64,000 bases of DNA from Patescibacteria group bacterium (GTDB lineage Archaea > Nanobdellota > Nanobdellia > Pacearchaeales > GW2011-AR1). The stretch lies in contig JAHYJW010000003.1 of the NCBI GenBank assembly GCA_019428815.1, forward strand, positions 20,617-84,616, read 5' to 3'. A program made the translations under genes and the position numbers. The notes below the pieces were generated by a model. The model ran no database searches, was not told the origin of the DNA, and was given only the letters and a program-made list of their open reading frames with translations. How positions within the stretch are numbered: position 1 is the first letter of the stretch; every line of letters begins with the position of its first letter. This document shows positions 58,303 through 64,000 of this stretch, piece after piece.

Positions 58303-58554
58303 ATGGTAATTGAAGAATTATTGAGTAATCCTTATATGGGAATTTTAGTCTCTGTTCTTTTATTCTGGGAGTTGGTTTGGAAAGGGCTTGCTTTATGGAA
58401 TTCTGCAAGAAGAAATCATTTAATTTGGTTTATGTTTATTTTAGTCATAAATAGTGTTGGGATATTACCAATAATTTATTTACTGATTCATAAAAAAGAT
58501 AAGAAAAATAAAAAAAGCGAGAACAAAAAGAATGGTAAAACAAAGAGCATGTAA
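58303..58554 (+). CDS. small two-TM membrane protein (DUF5652-like)
   Basis: LFWELVWKGLALWNSARRNHLIWFMFILVINSVGILPIIYLL. The family name is recalled from CPR/DPANN genomes. It overlaps the spt4 start by 23 nt. Confidence 0.5.
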   Translation: MVIEELLSNPYMGILVSVLLFWELVWKGLALWNSARRNHLIWFMFILVINSVGILPIIYLLIHKKDKKNKKSENKKNGKTKSM

Positions 58555-58720
58555 AATTTGTAATAGAATCTTCGAGGGAGAAAAATGCCCTAATTGTGAT
58601 TCTAAAGATTTTACAGAGGGATTCAAGGGTAGAGTTTATATCATAGACCCTGAAAAATCTGAGATAGCAAAAAAACTTAATTTAAAAGTTAAAGGAAATC
58701 ATGCTGTTAAAACAAGGTAA
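58532..58720 (+). CDS. spt4: transcription elongation factor Spt4 (RpoE'')
   Basis: Zn ribbon CKICNRIFEGEKCPNCDS, then GRVYIIDPEKSEIAKKL. Confidence 0.8.
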   Translation: MVKQRACKICNRIFEGEKCPNCDSKDFTEGFKGRVYIIDPEKSEIAKKLNLKVKGNHAVKTR

Positions 58721-58746
58721 TTTTAAGGAGTTTTAAAAAATTTAAA

Positions 58747-59133
58747 ATGGAAATAAAAATAACTGAAAAAAAAGAAAATGAACTTTTCAACAGAAAAGAA
58801 ATTAAAGGAATTGTTGAGGCAAAAATAACTCCAAGTAGGGTCGATGTAACAGAATCACTTTCAAAAGAATTATCTGTTCCCTTTGAGAATATAAAAATAA
58901 AGGGAATAAACGGAAGATTTGGAACAAAGATTTTCGAAATTAATGCTTTTATTTATTCTTCAAAAGAAGAAAAAGATAAAATTGAGTTAAAAAAGAAAAA
59001 AGATGCTGAAAGAGAAAAAAGAATAGAAGAAGAAAAAAAGGAGCAAGAACAAAAAGTTGAAAAGGCTGAAGAGGAAATTGAATTAAAAGAAAAAGAAAAA
59101 TCTGAGACAGTTGATGAAGTTAATAAAGATTAG
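58747..59133 (+). CDS. rps24e: ribosomal protein eS24 with a K/E-rich C-terminal extension
   Basis: MEIKITEKKENELFNRKEIKGIV core. From about aa 71 onward the tail is KE-rich low complexity. Confidence 0.8.
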   Translation: MEIKITEKKENELFNRKEIKGIVEAKITPSRVDVTESLSKELSVPFENIKIKGINGRFGTKIFEINAFIYSSKEEKDKIELKKKKDAEREKRIEEEKKEQEQKVEKAEEEIELKEKEKSETVDEVNKD

Positions 59134-59183
59134 ATATTCACAAAAAAAATCAATTAAAAAAGAGAATAATATTTTAAAACAAA

Positions 59184-59402
59184 ATGCCAAAAAAAATAGT
59201 AAAAAAGGGTAAAAAGCCACATAAAAATAAAAAAACAAGTAAAAAGTATACAAAATACAAAATTGAGGGAGATAAGGTCACAAGATCCAGATTTTGTCCT
59301 AGATGTGGCCCAGGTGTGTTCTTAATGGATTCTCAAGGAAGATTTTATTGCGGAAAATGTCATTACTCCGAATTTAAGAGTAAAGAAGAGATGAAAAAAT
59401 AA
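59184..59402 (+). CDS. rps27ae: ribosomal protein eS31 (S27ae)
   Basis: Zn ribbon CPRCGPGVFLMDSQGRFYCGKCHY and a basic N-terminus. Confidence 0.85.
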   Translation: MPKKIVKKGKKPHKNKKTSKKYTKYKIEGDKVTRSRFCPRCGPGVFLMDSQGRFYCGKCHYSEFKSKEEMKK

Positions 59403-59451
59403 GAAGAAGGAATAAAATATTTCTTATAAATTTAATAAATAATTTTAATGT

Positions 59452-59490
59452 ATAGTTCTAATAGATAGTTCTAATAGATAGTTCTAATAT
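59452..59490. repeat. tandem repeat, 3 x 13 nt
   Basis: ATAGTTCTAATAG twice, then ATAGTTCTAATAT. It lies in the convergent gap between rps27ae and rubrerythrin. Confidence 0.9.
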
Positions 59491-59565
59491 TAGATTCGGT
59501 ATAAAAACTTCAAACTGATTTTAAAATCTTAAGAAAATGATTTTTAAAGAAGGGCGCATTAATAA

Positions 59566-60144
59566 TTAATAATTCTCAACAAAAACCTCATAATATGCCT
59601 GGGGGTGTTTACATGCAGGGCATAATAAAGGGGCTTCATCCCCTTCATGGATATAACCACAATTCCTACATTTCCATTTAATGGGTTTTTCTTTCTTAAA
59701 AACTTGTTTGTTTTTTAGGTTTTCTAACAACTTCAGGTATCTCTCTTCATGTTTCTCTTCTACTTCTGAAATCTCTTTAAAAGAAATAGCTATCTCTTCA
59801 AATCCTTCTTTTTTTGCAGTTTCTTCAAATTTAGGGTATAGATCTGACCATTCTTCTTTTTCACCTTCTGCAGCAGATAAAAGGTTCTCTTCAGTTATTC
59901 CAATTCTTCCAGAAGGATAAATAGCTGTGATTTCCAAAGGAGCTCCAATCTCATTCAAATACTTAAAAAAAACTTTAGCGTGTTCTTTTTCATTATCTGC
60001 AGTTTCTAAAAAGATAGATGATATTTGTTCATAACCTTCTTTTTTAGCCACACCCGCAAAATAAGTGTATCGATTTCTTGCTTGGCTTTCTCCTGCAAAT
60101 GCTTTTAGTAAATTTTTTTCTGTCTCACTCCCTTTTAATTCCAT
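59566..60144 (-). CDS. rbr: rubrerythrin
   Basis: Diiron ferritin-like domain (EKNLLKAFAGESQARNRYTYFA, EKEHAKVF) plus the C-terminal rubredoxin motif CRNCGY...CPACKHP. Confidence 0.9.
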   Translation of the reverse strand: MELKGSETEKNLLKAFAGESQARNRYTYFAGVAKKEGYEQISSIFLETADNEKEHAKVFFKYLNEIGAPLEITAIYPSGRIGITEENLLSAAEGEKEEWSDLYPKFEETAKKEGFEEIAISFKEISEVEEKHEERYLKLLENLKNKQVFKKEKPIKWKCRNCGYIHEGDEAPLLCPACKHPQAYYEVFVENY

Positions 60145-60276
60145 TATAACAAAAAAAAGGGGGAGTTTATAAAATTTTTGTTCAAAAGAAAGGGGCTAAT
60201 TACAATTCTAGAGGTAAGTTAAAATTTAAATAGAAATAATAAAAGACGAAATAAACTATTTTAAAATATTTTCAAA

Positions 60277-60331
60277 CCCTGGGATAGATGCCTTAAGCAA
60301 CAAACAGTAGCCTAAGACCTCTATCCTGGGG
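60277..60331 (+). ncRNA. candidate structured RNA hairpin (unassigned)
   Basis: CCCTGGGATAG (60277-60287) pairs with CTATCCTGGGG (60321-60331), including 2 G:U pairs valid only on the plus strand. An inner CTTAAGC/GCCTAAG stem has one mismatch. 11-nt loop. Confidence 0.3.
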
Positions 60332-60661
60332 AAAAAGAGGTGATAAATATTAGAGATTCTAAGACTATTTAAATGTTTCGTTATTGTTACTCTTTCAAAA
60401 TGACATTCAAGGATTATACAAAAGTAGTAATTATATCTTGATTTTCTTTTAAAAAGCTATCTTTTTTAGCATTTTTAACTCTTAGGGCCTTATTTTTCAA
60501 GAAAGAATAACCTAAAATCAAAGATTTATTATTATTTTTAAACCTAAAGTTTAATTTTAAAGTTTTTTTTAAGGAAGTTTTTATAGTTTTAAGGAATTCT
60601 ATCGGAATTATTAACGATTTAACACATCAAGTTTATAAAAACAAGATGTTTTTAGGATGTT

Positions 60662-61594
60662 ATGGATAAAATAAAAGAGGTTATGGAGAATATTGGGAAT
60701 AATAATTCTAAACAAGAGCAGATACAAGACTTATTATTTAATAGGGAAATCGGTTGGCAAGAAATTATTTATGATTTAATTAACACAGAACAGTTAGATC
60801 CTTGGGATATTAATATTACTCTTCTTTCAGATAGATATTTAGAAAAAATAAAGGAATTAGAAGAAGCGGATTTCTTTATTTCTGGTAAAGTTTTACTTGC
60901 TGCTTCCCTTTTACTAAGAATAAAATCAGAAATTTTGTTGAATAAGTACATAAAGAGTATTGATGAAATATTATTTGGTAATAAAAATAAGGGTCAATCA
61001 GAAATCTCAAATGATTTAAGGGAAAATCCTGTTCTTGGAATTGAATTTGAAGAATCAATGCCAGAATTAATTCCAAAAAGTCCAGTCCCTCGTTTTAAGA
61101 AAGTCACATTACAAGAATTAATGGACTCTTTGAATAAAGCCATTGTTACAGAAAATAGGAGAATCAAAAGAAAAATTTCTGAAAAAAATGCGCTTAGAGA
61201 AAGTTCTTTTTCAATGCCAAAGAGTAAGATAAGGGTAAAAGATCGGATAAAAGACATATACAAAAATCTTTTAAAAAATTTAAGAGACGACCAAAGAAAA
61301 ATGAAAGTTTCCTTCACAGAGATTGTAGGAGAAAAGAAAGAAGATAGAGTCTTTTCATTTTATCCTTTATTACATCTTGAACATCAACAAAAAATTTGGT
61401 TAGAACAGGAAGGCCATTTTGAAGAAGTTTATATCTGGTTAAAAGACGTTTACTTTAAGAATAATCCAAATCCCTTTGAAGGTTTAAATGAAGATATTGA
61501 AAAAGAGATAGAAGAACTAAAAGTTGAAAAGAAGAAAAGAATTAATAAAAATAACAAAGTTTTTGAAAATCCTTTAGGAAAGATGTTTGATTAG
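60662..61594 (+). CDS. scpA: segregation and condensation protein A (ScpA kleisin)
   Basis: WQEIIYDLINTEQLDPWDINITLLSDRYLEKIKELEE...GKVLLAASLLLRIKSEILL matches the ScpA N-terminal domain. Confidence 0.7.
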   Translation: MDKIKEVMENIGNNNSKQEQIQDLLFNREIGWQEIIYDLINTEQLDPWDINITLLSDRYLEKIKELEEADFFISGKVLLAASLLLRIKSEILLNKYIKSIDEILFGNKNKGQSEISNDLRENPVLGIEFEESMPELIPKSPVPRFKKVTLQELMDSLNKAIVTENRRIKRKISEKNALRESSFSMPKSKIRVKDRIKDIYKNLLKNLRDDQRKMKVSFTEIVGEKKEDRVFSFYPLLHLEHQQKIWLEQEGHFEEVYIWLKDVYFKNNPNPFEGLNEDIEKEIEELKVEKKKRINKNNKVFENPLGKMFD

Positions 61595-61767
61595 ATTAAA
61601 AAACTAAATAGAATTTGGTTAATTTATCAATGCTTTTTAGGAAAATGTTTCTTATAACAACTATCTTAAGTTGTATACATTCTTTCTTATGGTTTAAAGA
61701 ATTATATTTTACAAAACCCTCATATAAGCATAAGATATCTTAAAAACTAAAAAAAGCTTATTTCTTA

Positions 61768-62436
61768 ATGAAACTTGGCGTTTTATTTTCTGGAGGAAAA
61801 GATTCTTTATTTGCTTCTTGGTTAATGAAAGAAAAGGGTCATGAAATAGCCTGCCTTATCACACTCCAGTCTTCTAATCCTGATAGTTATATGTTCCATA
61901 CGCCTTCTATAAAAAAAACTAAATATCAGGCCGATATTATGAACATTCCCTTAATCTTAAAAAAAACTAAAGGGATAAAAGAAAAAGAGTTATCTGATTT
62001 AGAAAATGCTATTAGATCTGCAATTGAAAAATACCGCATTGAGGGGATTATTACAGGTGCAATTCATTCAAAGTATCAAAAATCAAGAATATTGAAAATT
62101 TGTAAAAAATTAAAAATTAAATGCTTCAATCCCCTGTGGAATAAAAATCAATTTGATTATCTAGAGGAAATAATAAAAAATAAATTTAAGGTGATTATAG
62201 TTTCAGTTGCTGCTTATCCTTTAAATGCGTCTTGGTTAGGAAGAGAAATTAATCAGAAGTTTATAGATGATATAAAAGAACTTTACGAGAGATACAAGGT
62301 TCATCCCGCAGGAGAAGGGGGAGAATTTGAGACTTTTGTAATTGATTGCCCTCTTTTTAAAAAACCTTTAAGGATAAAGGGAGCAAATTTTACAGGTGAA
62401 GGGAATAGCTGGAAGATGGAATTAGACATAGCTTGA
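61768..62436 (+). CDS. dph6: diphthine--ammonia ligase (Dph6 / MJ0570 family ATP pyrophosphatase)
   Basis: PP-loop LFSGGKDS at the N-terminus, GAIHSKYQKSR, and AGEGGEFETFV. Confidence 0.75.
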   Translation: MKLGVLFSGGKDSLFASWLMKEKGHEIACLITLQSSNPDSYMFHTPSIKKTKYQADIMNIPLILKKTKGIKEKELSDLENAIRSAIEKYRIEGIITGAIHSKYQKSRILKICKKLKIKCFNPLWNKNQFDYLEEIIKNKFKVIIVSVAAYPLNASWLGREINQKFIDDIKELYERYKVHPAGEGGEFETFVIDCPLFKKPLRIKGANFTGEGNSWKMELDIA

Positions 62437-62517
62437 AACTTATAACCAAAAAAAGAAAAAACTTTAATTTTTATGATAAAGAAAAAATAAAGATAAGTTA
62501 ACAAAAGGATAACACCC

Positions 62518-63651
62518 CTAATTAAAATCGCTAGGGGATTCTTTTCCAGATTTCATATCTTTAATATTAAAAGAATTGTTTCTCACTTCCTTTTTCCCAA
62601 TAAAAATAACCTTCTGAAAGTTATAGGAATTAGCATATTCAAGTGCTTTTGAGGGTTTTCCATAATACAAAGAAACAATTTCCCCCTGATTTCTTAATTT
62701 TTGTGCTAATTTAATTGACTCTTTATCTTCATCTAAGGATATAATAAGAGATTTTGTTATCTCTATTTTTTCTTTTGATAAAAGAGCGATTCTGTCTAAT
62801 CCAAAGGACAATCCAGTACATTTAACATTCTTAATAGAATAACTACCCCCGCCACAAATTGATTCTTTCATCTTAGGAGAAACAACTTCAAAAACAGTTC
62901 CATTATAGTAGGCTAAACCCCTTGTTAGATAAGGTTCAAAAGAAATATTAATATCATAAAGTTTACAAAAGTCTATAATCTCTACGATTTTTTTGTAACC
63001 CTTTAGTTTTTTAAGTAAGGGATTATCCTTCTTAAGGAAAGAAATAATTTTTTCTGCTCCAAGAGATTTTAAATTTTCTTTAACTTTTTTTTCTCCAATT
63101 TTTTTTATTTTATCAATTTCCCTAAGGACTTTTTCTCTTTTGTTCTTATCGATTTTTAATTCTTCTAAAGCCTCATTTAATAATTCACGGCTATTCAAAA
63201 GAATCTTAAAATCTATGTCTAATCTTTTCATAACTTCTGAGCATAATTTTAAAATTTCTGCTTCATCTCTAAAATCAGAACCAACTATATCAACATCACA
63301 TTGAGTGAATTGTCTAAACCTGTTTTTTGAAGTAGGTTCATCTCTAAATACTTCTCCAATTTGGTATCTTTTGTAAGGCAGTTTTTTATTTTTAATTATT
63401 CTCTTAAGTTGAAAAGTGAACTCATATCTCAAAGCTAATTCTCTTTTACCTTTATCTCTCAGTCTGAATAAATCTGAAATAACTTCATCATTTTGATTAT
63501 TTTCTTTAACAAAATTTTCATACTCAATTATGGGGGTTTCTGCTGGTTCAAAACCAAATGATTCAAAAGTTTCCACTAGAATATTCTTTATTCTTGACCT
63601 TTTTATTGCGTCTTTCCCTAAAAAATCCTTAAATCCTTTTACTGTTTCCAA
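62518..63651 (-). CDS. hisS: histidine--tRNA ligase (short)
   Basis: VKGFKDFLG, LALRYEFTFQLKR, YQIGEVFRDEPTSKNRFRQFTQCDVDIVG and GGGSY, with a C-terminal anticodon-binding domain. Confidence 0.8.
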   Translation of the reverse strand: METVKGFKDFLGKDAIKRSRIKNILVETFESFGFEPAETPIIEYENFVKENNQNDEVISDLFRLRDKGKRELALRYEFTFQLKRIIKNKKLPYKRYQIGEVFRDEPTSKNRFRQFTQCDVDIVGSDFRDEAEILKLCSEVMKRLDIDFKILLNSRELLNEALEELKIDKNKREKVLREIDKIKKIGEKKVKENLKSLGAEKIISFLKKDNPLLKKLKGYKKIVEIIDFCKLYDINISFEPYLTRGLAYYNGTVFEVVSPKMKESICGGGSYSIKNVKCTGLSFGLDRIALLSKEKIEITKSLIISLDEDKESIKLAQKLRNQGEIVSLYYGKPSKALEYANSYNFQKVIFIGKKEVRNNSFNIKDMKSGKESPSDFN

Positions 63652-63853
63652 TTTAATTTATCTCTCTTCAAGATTAAAAAAATTAATCTAAAGAGACGTT
63701 TTAATTATTGGTGATTTATAGAATTTAAACTATTAAAAGGTTTAGAAAAATTTCCACCATAAAATCCCAAAAGAATTATCTTAAAAGGGGGGATGTAGTA
63801 ATAAAGAAATTGAATTGTATTTCTTTCCCTTTTACTTCTTATTAGAATTTTAT

Positions 63854-64000
63854 TTAACGAGTAAACAAAGAGCTAAAAATCGGTATCATGAAAAATGCTG
63901 TGATAAAATTAGCTAAAAAAGAGATAAAAAAAGCTTTTTTGTATTTGATTTTGAAGAATATCATAACAAATGCAGATTCTATAATGATTACCCCAATTTC
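63854..64000 (-). CDS. C-terminal fragment of a membrane protein (5' part beyond the window)
   Basis: My reverse-strand translation is open to the window edge: ...EIGVIIIESAFVMIFFKIKYKKAFFISFLANFITAFFMIPIFSSLFTR*. A plus-strand ATG at 63898 is a competing reading. Confidence 0.3.
   Translation of the reverse strand, partial: EIGVIIIESAFVMIFFKIKYKKAFFISFLANFITAFFMIPIFSSLFTR

Overview
AT-rich, gene-dense archaeal core-genome window, with content typical of a small-genome DPANN-type archaeon (Woese-/Pacearchaeota-like; lineage is inference). In order: a glycan-modification module (SGNH hydrolase, CE4 deacetylase, SxtJ-like protein, carbamoyltransferase, small membrane ORF). Then the exosome/proteasome superoperon (Pop5, PsmA, SBDS, Rrp4, Rrp41, Rrp42) joined directly to rpoK-eno-rps2. 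Then a standalone LigD phosphoesterase and a 16S-tRNA(Ala)-23S operon with no 5S and an unusually long ORF-bearing spacer. Then a membrane P-loop ATPase, an RRM protein, RNase P RNA, tRNA-Phe and a pilin-like protein. Then cysS and a carbon module: form III RuBisCO, bacterial-type GAPDH, PGK, cupin PGI, class I FBA, TIM, then SDR, PfkB kinase and Nudix. Then a surface protein, EndoIV-like protein and DnaG. Then, on the minus strand, the transcription/translation cluster rpoH-rpoB-rpoA(unsplit)-nusA-rps12-rps7-fusA-PAP2-tuf. Then tRNA-Lys, an nrdR-nrdJ operon with a downstream thioredoxin gene, Lhr plus PdeM-like phosphoesterase, tRNA-Trp and an HTH/PIN-like overlapping pair. Finally the Fcf1-like PIN-rpoE'-spt4-rps24e-rps27ae cluster, rubrerythrin, ScpA, Dph6 and HisRS. 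No CRISPR array, transposase or integrase was seen. Most notable: a single-ORF RpoA (A'+A''); NrdR-box palindromes bracketing an archaeal TATA; two small ORFs inside the 16S-23S spacer; a class I GAPDH with no canonical start codon; RuBisCO embedded among glycolytic and nucleotide-salvage-type genes; several unlisted small ORFs and short repeats. All function calls rest on motif recognition by eye, and no database search was run.
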